From an uncultured bacterium (GTDB taxonomy: Bacteria > Chlamydiota > Chlamydiia > Chlamydiales > 2-12-FULL-49-11), in assembly GCA_964477345.1 (NCBI GenBank), contig CAYZDL010000001.1, positions 63,924 through 127,923 on the forward strand: a stretch of DNA of 64,000 nt. The letters run 5' to 3'. How positions within the stretch are numbered: position 1 is the stretch's first letter; every line of letters starts with the position of its first letter. Positions 1 to 9,286 of this stretch are shown here, in pieces. The translations under genes were made by a program, and so were the position numbers. The notes under the pieces are model-generated. The model ran no database searches, was not told where the DNA came from, and worked only from the letters and a program-made list of their open reading frames with translations.

Positions 1-174
1 ATTTTTCACCAAGTATTCAATTTTCCTGTGGATTTTCAAAACTCATTGGAGTCGTGTTCCGATATATTCAAAGATTATAGAAGAGAAGATCTATCCCTCT
101 TTAAAGGTGGTGATCCTTCGATCACAAAAAGAGATCGATCTTTGGGTAGAGAGCTTAAAAAAAGGAGATGTTTA

Positions 175-786
175 GTGAATTATCTTTCAATCTATCTTGC
201 TGGAAATATTCAGAAAAACCATGAGAACAAGAGCACCGTCTATTGGACTGATCACGATTGTCAAGTCATCCAAGAGGCTCTTTTTCCTGTCCAAATTTCA
301 TTTCTGAACCCTGCCTTACGTACAGATGATCTTACTGATCAAAAAGCTGTCTTTGGGCGCGATATGGCGCAGGTATTTTGTGCCGATATTGTCTTTGTCG
401 ATGCAAGAGAGCGGCGTGGATTGGGGGTGGGAGCCGAAATGATGTGGGCAAAAATCAACGAGATCCCTGTGATCACTTTAGCACCAAAAAATAGTCACTA
501 CCATAAGGATAAAGTGGTTATGCTTGGCGAAACCCTTTCAAATTGGGTCCATCCTTTTGTCGAGTCGTTGAGCGATGTTCTCGTCGAAACAGTTGGAGAA
601 GGGGCTGAGTGGGTCTCAAAATTCTTTAAAGGAGAAACCGGCTCCATTAAGGGAATTCAATCGATCAAAGTGGCTATGGCTCACTATAAAAAGACGGGTC
701 TCAAACACGACCTACCTATGGTAGACCTTTCTGCAAGAAATCACGACCTTCGGAAGAAAATCTCCGAGATCGGATCTCTTATTTAA
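175..786 (+). CDS. nucleoside 2-deoxyribosyltransferase-like protein
   Basis: The ORF is open from 28. An in-frame GTG at 175 has AGGAG 7 nt upstream and opens with 'NYLSIYLAGNI'. The segment 'DARERRGLGVGAEMMWA' resembles the catalytic-Glu region of the NDT/Rcl fold (recalled from memory). Confidence 0.5.
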   Translation: MNYLSIYLAGNIQKNHENKSTVYWTDHDCQVIQEALFPVQISFLNPALRTDDLTDQKAVFGRDMAQVFCADIVFVDARERRGLGVGAEMMWAKINEIPVITLAPKNSHYHKDKVVMLGETLSNWVHPFVESLSDVLVETVGEGAEWVSKFFKGETGSIKGIQSIKVAMAHYKKTGLKHDLPMVDLSARNHDLRKKISEIGSLI

Positions 787-1540
787 GGTATTCGTAAATC
801 GTTTCCTGCAAAGCGATATCGAGGTTTTCATTGAACCCAGAGAGAGCTTTGCTCAAACCGACTGATGCGATAAAGTAGGTTTTTTTATGATCCTCTTGCT
901 GACTCCCTTCTGGGAACTCTTGCTCATTGTAAGATCGTAAGTTGCTAATCCGATCAGCTATTTTAATCTGTTTAGCTTCGGGGGACATCTTAAGAGCATG
1001 CTCAATTTGCCACAGATGCTTTTTTTCAGAGGTGAGGTTGGGATCGTTGGTCAATTCTTCCACAAGCCCCTTCACCTTTTCTGAAAAGAGGTAAGAGATT
1101 TCTTCACCAATGGCATCTGTATCTTCGAGTGTATCGTGAAGTGCGGCAGCAGCGAGAATAAAGTGATCCTTCACATTCCCTTCTTCCAGTAAAATTAAGA
1201 TCACTGAAATAGGATGAGCAATGTAAGGAATTCCCGAATATTTTCTCTTTTGCCCTTCGTGCTTCTCTGCAGCATAGGCAACAGCTTGCAATACAAGCTC
1301 CGCACTAAATTTTGAATTCCAAATAGTTTCATCTCTTAACAACGCTTCAAGTCGATCATAAAGCTCCATTACGACAACATTCTCGTCCGAATGATCAGCG
1401 ACTGTTTGCCGATACAGCGGAAATTGATCCAAGTCAACCTCTTGTCTTTCAATAATTAATCTTTCTATAGGAGTCGCACAATGCAGTTGAGACACCAAAG
1501 AAAATGCCGCTGAAAATAGTATAGAAATTATTTTTTGCAT
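779..1540 (-). CDS. HD-domain protein, RelA/SpoT-type (p)ppGpp-hydrolase-like, with N-terminal signal-like segment
   Basis: 'YIAHPISV...AAALHDTLEDTD' is the HD motif pair of the SpoT/Mesh1 hydrolase domain. The N-terminus 'MQKIISILFSAAFSLVS' is hydrophobic. Confidence 0.6.
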   Translation of the reverse strand: MQKIISILFSAAFSLVSQLHCATPIERLIIERQEVDLDQFPLYRQTVADHSDENVVVMELYDRLEALLRDETIWNSKFSAELVLQAVAYAAEKHEGQKRKYSGIPYIAHPISVILILLEEGNVKDHFILAAAALHDTLEDTDAIGEEISYLFSEKVKGLVEELTNDPNLTSEKKHLWQIEHALKMSPEAKQIKIADRISNLRSYNEQEFPEGSQQEDHKKTYFIASVGLSKALSGFNENLDIALQETIYEYLK

Positions 1541-1667
1541 GATTTTCTCCTAAATTAATTATATTCGAACATTGTAATGAACATTTAACTGGCTGTCTAT
1601 TAGAAAGAAATGATTCATCTGAAAATAGAGTCTTGCTGATAATAATTAAAACTATTATTTAGACGTT

Positions 1668-2993
1668 ATGCGATATTTCGTTTTCTATTCAATTCTTGGA
1701 AGTCTTATTGCACTTAACTCAAACCCACTTTTCTGCGAAGAGGGCTCTGATAAGGTCACGTCCAAAATTGCCTTGGGAAATTATTTTCAAAACTTGACAT
1801 TTGTCGATCGACACACTGATGAAACAAAGGACCCTGATCAGGCAGAAGAAATTCTCACCATCGCTGAACAAGAAAAACAGAAGAAGAAACTAATGTCACT
1901 TTCCAGGTCAGATCAGATACCTCAAGGTCGACTTGAAGAAGAAACAGCCTCCTATATGGAGGGGTACATCCAAGCGATGATCGACGCAAATTATTACGAG
2001 TACAACGTGATTGTTTATGTTGACAGGGACAGTGTCGTCTATCTTTATAACTTGCCCAATGATGCGCGTCTCAAGAAATCGATTATTGCCTTCGTTCAAG
2101 ACATCCCAGATATTTCAGATGTTAGAGTCACCCCAATGAACGAGCCGATCGAAAAGAAGGTAGAAGAGAGGCAAGGGACAATTCGTCAGATTAAAGGGGT
2201 CTGGTTTCCTGAATCAACAGTCCTCTTTCCCCCTTTTATTGCAAACCCAAGAGAGCCTATCTATTCGATTGCTTATCGTTGGTTTGACGATGTTCTTGCA
2301 TCAAACTTAATTGCTGTTTCGCTAGGCGACGTTTTTCCCATCTTCCGTTGGTTTGATGTATTTCCTGCTCATGGTGATCTTCAAATCGACATCTCAGCTT
2401 GTGCTTGGGCTGATTTCGACATGAACCCCGCTAACACCCCTAATGGAGAGTGGGCCGAATTAATCAACACTGACTACCTTTTAGCCATTCCAATTTCATA
2501 TGCTTTTGATAAGTGGGCTTTCCGTCTCAGAGGGTATCATATTTCTAGCCACTTAGGAGACGAGTTCATGGTCAACAACCCTTCCTATAAAAGGTTGAAT
2601 CCAAGCTTTGAGGCGATTGACTTCATGGGTTCGTATCAAATCACCGATGGCCTTCGTGTTTATGCAGGTCCTGGTTTCGTAGTCCATAGCGACAATACGT
2701 TCCCTATGAAAGTATTTTATGCTGAATTTGGACTAGAATGGCGTTTTTACGGTTTACGTATGCACTCTCACAGATTATACGGAGCTCCATTTTTTGCTGG
2801 CGATTTGCAAATTTGGGAAGCTGTCAATTATCGACCCAGTGGTACTGTTCAATTGGGATACGAATTCTCAAAGCTCCAAGGAGCAGGAAGAAAAGTGCGC
2901 CTCTTTGTTGAGTACCATAATGGTTATAGCGCAGGACAATTCTTCACTAAGAACGCGCAATATCTAGGAATCAGAGCCTCTTGGGGCTTCTAA
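1668..2993 (+). CDS. putative outer-membrane beta-barrel protein (possibly DUF1207 family) with BON-like N-terminal segment
   Basis: Signal peptide present. The C-terminal half is aromatic-rich with alternating residues and ends '...IRASWGF' (terminal Phe, typical of OMPs). The size (~440 aa) and lineage fit my memory of DUF1207. Confidence 0.45.
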   Translation: MRYFVFYSILGSLIALNSNPLFCEEGSDKVTSKIALGNYFQNLTFVDRHTDETKDPDQAEEILTIAEQEKQKKKLMSLSRSDQIPQGRLEEETASYMEGYIQAMIDANYYEYNVIVYVDRDSVVYLYNLPNDARLKKSIIAFVQDIPDISDVRVTPMNEPIEKKVEERQGTIRQIKGVWFPESTVLFPPFIANPREPIYSIAYRWFDDVLASNLIAVSLGDVFPIFRWFDVFPAHGDLQIDISACAWADFDMNPANTPNGEWAELINTDYLLAIPISYAFDKWAFRLRGYHISSHLGDEFMVNNPSYKRLNPSFEAIDFMGSYQITDGLRVYAGPGFVVHSDNTFPMKVFYAEFGLEWRFYGLRMHSHRLYGAPFFAGDLQIWEAVNYRPSGTVQLGYEFSKLQGAGRKVRLFVEYHNGYSAGQFFTKNAQYLGIRASWGF

Positions 2994-3055
2994 CTTTATC
3001 TCTATTTTAAGATTTTTTGACAACAATCACGCATACCTCATATAATTTCTAATCT

Positions 3056-4591
3056 ATGGGACACGCAAACTCTATTCGATTCCCTTGGTTAGTGATTCTC
3101 GGAATTTCATTCAGTTTTTTCTTGGCAAGTTACGATACCACAGCATTTAATCTCGCCTTAGTTAGCATTCAAAGCGATTTACAATTGTCTCTCTCCGAAC
3201 TCGATTGGGTCATGACTTCAATGATGATCGCTTTAGGAACATTTCTTGTTCCTGGGGGCAAAATTAGTGACAAGTATGGTCACAAATATCCGATGGTCAT
3301 CGGTCTTTTTTCTTTCACTCTCGTATCATTATTGGGGGGCTTTGCCCAAACCGCTTGGCAATTGATCTCGATGCGAATTTTGCAAGGGGCCACAGCGGCC
3401 CTATTTTGGCCCGGTATGCAGTCTCTTTCGATTCATGCTGTTGTAGAAAAAAAGCGTGCCTTGGCTGTAGGGATTACTCAGTTTGCAGGAGCTCTTGGAA
3501 TTGCCTCGGGGCCTTTATTATCAGGAATCCTATTGAATTACTTATCTTGGAGATGGGTTTTCTGGACAACAATTCCCATCGCCCTTGTTTCACTTGTCAT
3601 CATTTCCTTATTTGTCCCTGATAAAGCCTTTGAAAGACACAAAAAGAACATCGATCTTATTTCCGTTTTTTTCTTATGTGGTTGTGCTTTCTCTACCATT
3701 CATGCCCTTGATCTCCTTGGAAAGTTCGGCTTAGCAAATAAACAAAGCTTGACTTGGTGCGCTATTTCAGTGGCCCTATTCTGGTTCTTTATCGTTAGAG
3801 ATGACAACATTGGTGAACCTTTGATCGATCTAGAGATCTTGAAAAACAAGCAGTTTGTCACTGGTTTAGTGATTCGAGTTATCGCAGCAACAAGTTATTT
3901 TTCCTTCATTTTTCTCACCGGGTTTGCTCTGCAACACATCGTTTTTCTTTCTGCCCAGGAGGCCAGCTACTACTTTCTTCCCTTAACCCTCGGTTTAATG
4001 GCTTTTTCTCTTGGAACTGGTTGGCTAAGCCGCTATTTTGAGGTGAAAAAATTAATGTTCTTAGGATTGTTTGGATTAGGGATCGCTTATGTGAGTTACG
4101 GGATTATGGTACAAGTCTCCCTCAATTTTTGGTTTGTGGCTTTCCCCATCGTTTTAATGGGGGTCTTCTTTGGATTGTTTAATTCCGCCAACACCGTTTT
4201 TACCCTTGGCTCCCTCAATAAATCTTTAACCGCAACGGGTGCTGGGGTCCTAATGATGCTATTGATGGTCTTTGGATCTGTAGGGATTGTGATAGCCTCA
4301 ATATTCATCCGCTTCTTTGGGACAAAATTTACGCTCGCCTCTCTTGCGGCAAGTGACATCGGCGTTTCTGATCCTCAGAAAATTCTGCTCGAACAGACCA
4401 TTACAGGTATGGTCACCGTTAAGCAAGCCCTGCTCCAGTTTGGAACCAATGCCGAAGCTGTCTATCTTGCTTTGCGAAAAGGCTTTTTCCAGGCAATGAG
4501 TTTTGATCTTTTCATGCTAGGATTTTTTACATTGCTTGCTTTCCTGATCTTTTTCCCATTACACTATAAAAAAATGAGAAATAGCCTGTAG
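3056..4591 (+). CDS. MFS transporter, DHA2 (EmrB/QacA-like, 14-TMS) family
   Basis: 511 aa and highly hydrophobic. The N-terminal 'LASYDTTAFNLALVSIQSDL' and 'GKISDKYGHK' loop are typical of drug:H+ antiporter-2 MFS proteins. Confidence 0.8.
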   Translation: MGHANSIRFPWLVILGISFSFFLASYDTTAFNLALVSIQSDLQLSLSELDWVMTSMMIALGTFLVPGGKISDKYGHKYPMVIGLFSFTLVSLLGGFAQTAWQLISMRILQGATAALFWPGMQSLSIHAVVEKKRALAVGITQFAGALGIASGPLLSGILLNYLSWRWVFWTTIPIALVSLVIISLFVPDKAFERHKKNIDLISVFFLCGCAFSTIHALDLLGKFGLANKQSLTWCAISVALFWFFIVRDDNIGEPLIDLEILKNKQFVTGLVIRVIAATSYFSFIFLTGFALQHIVFLSAQEASYYFLPLTLGLMAFSLGTGWLSRYFEVKKLMFLGLFGLGIAYVSYGIMVQVSLNFWFVAFPIVLMGVFFGLFNSANTVFTLGSLNKSLTATGAGVLMMLLMVFGSVGIVIASIFIRFFGTKFTLASLAASDIGVSDPQKILLEQTITGMVTVKQALLQFGTNAEAVYLALRKGFFQAMSFDLFMLGFFTLLAFLIFFPLHYKKMRNSL

Positions 4592-5113
4592 ATTGCGAAT
4601 GTCGAGAAGTTCCTCTCTTGGCTTTACTTCACCGAGCCTCGCCTGGCGATAATTAAGGATAAAAGCTTCGATCAAACAGGGCCTAGCTTCGACATCTCCT
4701 TGGTGAAGGATACTCTTTGTTATCGAATCTTCGAGATAGTAATAGTATCGATCTTTGGGGTGATTTTTCTCTCCGACTTCCCCTGTCGAATAGAAATTCA
4801 GTTGCCGGCATTTAATTTGATTAAACCCTTTCTCTGTGGCTGTTTGAACAAGCGAGCGAAGCAAAGAAGTAGGAAAAATAACAAATTCATCAGCCCTCAC
4901 CTCCAAGATCCAATCGGGCTTTTTTTCCGAAATCAAACCCGTAGGATCATCCCGCGTATAGGGAATTTTCCTTCTTTGTAACCATTCTATTGATCCATCT
5001 GAAGAATCTTGATCGATGACAAAGACCTCAGCACCAATTTGTTGGTAGTGCTCTACCGCGTAAGGGAGGGTGTCGATATGGTTTTTGCACCTAATGAGAC
5101 TTAGAATTTTCAT
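4559..5113 (-). CDS. glycosyltransferase family 2-like protein (small)
   Basis: 'ILSLIRCKN...VFVIDQDSSDGSIEWL' resembles the GT-A nucleotide-binding/DxD region. It lies directly downstream of the larger GT gene. Confidence 0.4.
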   Translation of the reverse strand: MKILSLIRCKNHIDTLPYAVEHYQQIGAEVFVIDQDSSDGSIEWLQRRKIPYTRDDPTGLISEKKPDWILEVRADEFVIFPTSLLRSLVQTATEKGFNQIKCRQLNFYSTGEVGEKNHPKDRYYYYLEDSITKSILHQGDVEARPCLIEAFILNYRQARLGEVKPREELLDIRNLQAISHFFIV

Positions 5114-5119
5114 GTCATA

Positions 5120-6649
5120 TCACGTCACATACAATAGTTCAACGAATGGGGTAATTGTATCGACATGTTGATTAATAAAATTGACCAGGGTCGCAAAATC
5201 GTCAGGTAAAAACTGCGGAATATCGTTACCCAAATAATAACAAACAGCGCTTCCCACAATGATATTCTTTTTCCCTTCTAAGATCGAGGAGATGTTGAGC
5301 TCAAAATCTTCTAGTGAAAAGACGTACGATTTATTGAAGCCACCTATTTTATCAAATAGCGCCCTTGGAATCATCATGAAGTCTTTTGTACAACCTAGGA
5401 TATTTTTGACGACTTTGTTTTTATACCGATAAGCCGACTGAAAGCCCTGATATCCAAGACCCAATTCATGCCCTTCTTTAGTTTGGGTTGAAAAAAGTTG
5501 TAATCCAAAGTGTCTAATCATATTGTTGCGATTATGCATCCGAATCCCTATTGTCCCGCAAGATTCGGGTGCTTCTAAAAACGCTTTCACCATTCTTGAA
5601 ATCGCATCATTCAGTAAAATGACCTCAGGATCACAAAATAAGATCAGTTCGCTGTCGCTTGCGATCTCTTTTTCAATGATCTCTTCCATGACTGTCGGAA
5701 CGTGTTCGATTTGCTTTTCGATAAACTTCGTATTCTCATGCCTCTTGATGTATTCGATCATTGACCGAACCTCATCAGGCTCTGATCCTATGTCAACCAC
5801 AAGAACTTCATAATTAGGATATTTCGTTTTCTCGTATATAGATTCGAGGCACGAAGCAAATTCAACGGGTTTTCCCTTTGCACAAATGATGATCGAGACC
5901 TTTGGAGTCCTTTCTATCTTTACAACGCCGCTACTTACAATAATTTTCGGTTTTAACCTGAAAGGGAGATTTTTATGTTTTATTACGAAAAGCTTCTGAT
6001 TCGATATCCAGTCTTGATCCCGTCCATTAAACCCTTTCTTAACAACCTTTAGATCGAATGTGACTCCGACCTTCACCCCTCTTTCATAGTTCGCAAGGCA
6101 AAAATCAAGATCATAAAATGAATCGCCTTTATAGGTGGTGTCAAAAGTGGATTGAAGCTTTCTACGATCAACAATGAAAAGGGCATCATCAACTGTAACA
6201 ACTTCAATCAACTGCGCGGGGAATGCCTCAGAAAACCTGTGCTCATTTTTCGATTCATACGACTCATACCAAATACGCCCTACGAGAGGTTCATCTTTTT
6301 CCCAAACTAACCCAGACATCGGAACAATGATCGATCCGATAATGCCTACGATTCCAAATTCACTCTTCTCGATCTGCTCAATTAACTTTATTCCCCAATC
6401 TTGGCTCTGTAGCTCGACATCTTCTCGAACAAACATGATGATGTCATTTTTCGCCTTCTTCAATACTTGATTGTATACTTTTGCAAAATGGCCATCTTTT
6501 GAATGAATCACTTCGCAAGAAGGAAGACCTGAGGAGACCATCAAATGTCTCTCAAATTTAGAATTCTGTTGTTTAGCACTATAGGCAAAGGTAATCAAAT
6601 TAACCTCTCTTAATAACCCTAATAAACAGCATATAATATTTATGAGCAA
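5120..6649 (-). CDS. two-domain glycosyltransferase (GT2-like)
   Basis: The second half has 'KVSIIICAKGKPVEFASCLESIYEKTKYPNYEVLVVDIGSEPDE', a classic GT2 N-terminus. The first half has a second GT-A-like segment ('IIMFVREDVEL'). Confidence 0.6.
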   Translation of the reverse strand: MLINIICCLLGLLREVNLITFAYSAKQQNSKFERHLMVSSGLPSCEVIHSKDGHFAKVYNQVLKKAKNDIIMFVREDVELQSQDWGIKLIEQIEKSEFGIVGIIGSIIVPMSGLVWEKDEPLVGRIWYESYESKNEHRFSEAFPAQLIEVVTVDDALFIVDRRKLQSTFDTTYKGDSFYDLDFCLANYERGVKVGVTFDLKVVKKGFNGRDQDWISNQKLFVIKHKNLPFRLKPKIIVSSGVVKIERTPKVSIIICAKGKPVEFASCLESIYEKTKYPNYEVLVVDIGSEPDEVRSMIEYIKRHENTKFIEKQIEHVPTVMEEIIEKEIASDSELILFCDPEVILLNDAISRMVKAFLEAPESCGTIGIRMHNRNNMIRHFGLQLFSTQTKEGHELGLGYQGFQSAYRYKNKVVKNILGCTKDFMMIPRALFDKIGGFNKSYVFSLEDFELNISSILEGKKNIIVGSAVCYYLGNDIPQFLPDDFATLVNFINQHVDTITPFVELLYVT

Positions 6650-6688
6650 TTAAACTAATTCATAATTTCGCAACCGGATCGGAAGTAA

Positions 6689-7183
6689 CTAACTGGGAAT
6701 ATCGGCGAGGGCCAATGCAGGGTGACTTGTTGGTGATGAGCCATAATATTTACGGAAAATGCGCCCATCTGGACCAATCAAATAGGAAACATACTTACGC
6801 CCTAAAAAATTTCGGGCTTCATATGCCTTGATGATCACTTCATCTGGATCAGAGAGAAGGTCGTAGGTTAACTTGAACTTTTCATGAAATTTTTGGTGAC
6901 GGATTTGATCGTCATTACTCACTCCATAGATCACAACATTTTTGCGCTTAAGGGCTTGGTAGGACCGTTCGAAAGCAACCACTTCCTTTACGCTAAAAGG
7001 GATAAAATCTCGAGGATAGAAGAAAAGAAGGACGTACTTCCCTCGATGTTGGTAAAGGGTATGGATGTACCCCTCTTGATCTCTAAGAAACAACTCTGGG
7101 GCGTCATCCCCTAAGTCAAGTTCTACTGCAGAAAGAGAAGAGGCAAAGAATAGAAGAAGTGTGATCGTACGTAAAAGAGACAT
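6689..7183 (-). CDS. secreted peroxiredoxin-fold (Bcp/AhpC-TSA-like) protein lacking any cysteine
   Basis: Signal peptide present. 'GKYVLLFFYPRDFIPFSVKEV' aligns to the Bcp 'FYPKxxTPGCT' motif, but the Thr and the peroxidatic Cys are replaced (I...S). There is no Cys anywhere in the ORF. Confidence 0.6.
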   Translation of the reverse strand: MSLLRTITLLLFFASSLSAVELDLGDDAPELFLRDQEGYIHTLYQHRGKYVLLFFYPRDFIPFSVKEVVAFERSYQALKRKNVVIYGVSNDDQIRHQKFHEKFKLTYDLLSDPDEVIIKAYEARNFLGRKYVSYLIGPDGRIFRKYYGSSPTSHPALALADIPS

Positions 7184-7229
7184 ATGTTATAAGATAGATT
7201 ACGAAAAATGGGAGGCCAAAGTCAAGCTA

Positions 7230-7457
7230 ATGGTAGTGATAAAAGTTAAGGTGACCCCTTCAGCGAAGGAAGATAAGGTGGTCGGGCAAGAGGCAGATGG
7301 AACATGGAAGGTGCGAGTTACAGCACCTCCCGATAAAGGAAAAGCCAATCAAGCTGTGATCGATCTATTGGCCAAGCACTTCAACAAACCTAAACGTTCG
7401 ATTATCATTAAAAGTGGATTCGCGGACCGTCTTAAAACAGTCATTATTGAGGATTAG
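7230..7457 (+). CDS. DUF167 (YggU) family protein
   Basis: 'VKVTPSAKEDKVVG...WKVRVTAPPDKGKANQAVIDLLAKHF' matches the YggU/DUF167 pattern. The start was moved to the internal ATG because the upstream part overlaps the Prx-like gene start. Confidence 0.65.
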   Translation: MVVIKVKVTPSAKEDKVVGQEADGTWKVRVTAPPDKGKANQAVIDLLAKHFNKPKRSIIIKSGFADRLKTVIIED

Positions 7458-7815
7458 TAGTTTTTTCAAGTGCCCGTTTTTGCTTATCGAGCCTCGAGAT
7501 GTCACCATTCAGATTTTTTACCATCTTATCGTATTCATCAGCCTGTTTATTCAATCTTTCATACTCTTCTTGGGAGTTGTCCCCTTTTTGTAGTCGAATT
7601 GTATTAGCTCGGGTTCGATACCGATTCGACTTTGCTGTGTAGTAACTCTTTAGTCGATTGAGTGATGCCATTTGGTCATCAAGAAAATAGATCATTTCCT
7701 GATCTTGGTGTTGTTCTTCAGGAGCAACGGCAACCCCTCCTGCACAGAGAGAGCTTTGAAAGAAGAGTGAAACAAAAGTTAGGATCCCTAACGGGATGAC
7801 TTTAAAATGTTTCAT
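7444..7815 (-). CDS. hypothetical secreted coiled-coil protein
   Basis: Signal peptide 'MKHFKVIPLGILTFVSLFFQSSLCAG' followed by charged heptad-like sequence. Its start overlaps the upstream ORF by 14 nt. Confidence 0.4.
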   Translation of the reverse strand: MKHFKVIPLGILTFVSLFFQSSLCAGGVAVAPEEQHQDQEMIYFLDDQMASLNRLKSYYTAKSNRYRTRANTIRLQKGDNSQEEYERLNKQADEYDKMVKNLNGDISRLDKQKRALEKTTNPQ

Positions 7816-8137
7816 TGGTCTCTCCTAACATTAATTGATTGAGTTGAGATAAGTGGCTGTTAATTTTTTTCTGGTATTGCATCCGTCTGTTTTGTGCTTC
7901 TCGGGCCTTATCCATATCTTGTCGAAAAAGGGCTTCCCGAAGACTCTTCTCCTCCATTTTCTTCTGGAGGCTAAATCGTTCTACCTCTTTTTTGTGGTAC
8001 TGAATTTGCTCAGATTTAGTTCCATTCGGTCTTGGCAAGACAAGATCTACTTGTTTTGATCCTTTGGAACACCCCATAATTGACCCAAGGTTCATTATTA
8101 AGAGGATATGGCAGATTCTTTTCAACTTTTGAGCCAT
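7802..8137 (-). CDS. hypothetical lipoprotein, coiled-coil
   Basis: The internal ATG gives 'MAQKLKRICHILLIMNLGSIMGCSKG', which has a lipobox-like 'IMGC'. The remainder is a charged helical region. Confidence 0.4.
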   Translation of the reverse strand: MAQKLKRICHILLIMNLGSIMGCSKGSKQVDLVLPRPNGTKSEQIQYHKKEVERFSLQKKMEEKSLREALFRQDMDKAREAQNRRMQYQKKINSHLSQLNQLMLGETNETF

Positions 8138-8221
8138 TGCATAGCCCTCCATCACCCACACAAACAGAGAACCAAAAAAAACTGCAAGATTATTAAAACT
8201 CCATGGTGTAAACTCGCCGTT

Positions 8222-9253
8222 ATGTTGAGATTCTTAAGCCCCCTATTTGTCCTTTTTTTTGCCTTTGTAATATCTCAAGCTGAGGCTCTTACCCTTAAGT
8301 CCAAATTTACTCATGCCGAAAAAGGGGATTTTATTGTTTGTGAAGGCCGGGGCACAATGACTCTAATTTTTGTAAAGTCGTGTGATTCAAAAAGTGTCAT
8401 CCTTGAAGAGGTCTCATTCCCTAACAAATCTAAACCGAAGAAGTTAGGGAGCGCTGGCTGGCAGGAATGGCTAAATACCGGTGCTAGTGGTCACACTTCG
8501 TGGGTAGCCATCGAGATTGATCTCAATGAAACTGGAATTATGGAGTGCTTCTCGTTTTCGAGGGATGCTTGGATAGCTCTGAATTCGGGCGATTCTTTTC
8601 TGGTCCGTCTTCTCGATCTTACCCTGTATAAAATTCCTGATCATGAGCGCAATAAGATCGGTCCGCCTCCTGAAAAAGGACCTGATATGCGAAAAACATG
8701 GAACCCCCCTCTAGTCATCGAAGGGAAAAAACAGTCAAATCGGGCCTTTGATGTCTTCCGAATCGATTGGCCAATGGATGACTCCCCCTTTTCGAATAAG
8801 CAGGTTGAGCTATACTTTAATCAGAAAGATAAGCTTTTTGCCTTTCCCTATTTATTCCGCATCCGAGATACGACGAACCTCTCTTGGACATTTCATGTGA
8901 TTGACTCTGGTAAAGGGCTGGCATCTCCAAAAGGCGAAATGCCGCGTCGCGCCTTTTTCCTCACAAAGACAAATTTCAATAAAGAAGATCGAATTGAATT
9001 TGAATTAGCGGCCCCCCTTTACTACAAAAAATTTAACCTTCAAGCCATTGATGCCACTGATTTTTCTCAAGAGGTAACTCCCATTCCCTACGACCTTACT
9101 CGTGAGGGGGAAAAAGTGACAATTAAAATTGAAAAAGCAGTATTACAGAAAAAATTAAACTCCTCACATTCTTACTCTTTTTCCTTGTCAGCTGAGGCTC
9201 CCGCCCCTGTTTCAGTTCAATCAAGAGAACTCTATACTCCTTTTACTCCTTGA
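8222..9253 (+). CDS. hypothetical secreted protein
   Basis: The internal ATG gives the signal peptide 'MLRFLSPLFVLFFAFVISQAEA'. It is a long ORF with coding-like composition and no recognised domain. Confidence 0.5.
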   Translation: MLRFLSPLFVLFFAFVISQAEALTLKSKFTHAEKGDFIVCEGRGTMTLIFVKSCDSKSVILEEVSFPNKSKPKKLGSAGWQEWLNTGASGHTSWVAIEIDLNETGIMECFSFSRDAWIALNSGDSFLVRLLDLTLYKIPDHERNKIGPPPEKGPDMRKTWNPPLVIEGKKQSNRAFDVFRIDWPMDDSPFSNKQVELYFNQKDKLFAFPYLFRIRDTTNLSWTFHVIDSGKGLASPKGEMPRRAFFLTKTNFNKEDRIEFELAAPLYYKKFNLQAIDATDFSQEVTPIPYDLTREGEKVTIKIEKAVLQKKLNSSHSYSFSLSAEAPAPVSVQSRELYTPFTP

Positions 9254-9286
9254 CGCCTATCCCCCACTTTAATAGAATGATCCGTC

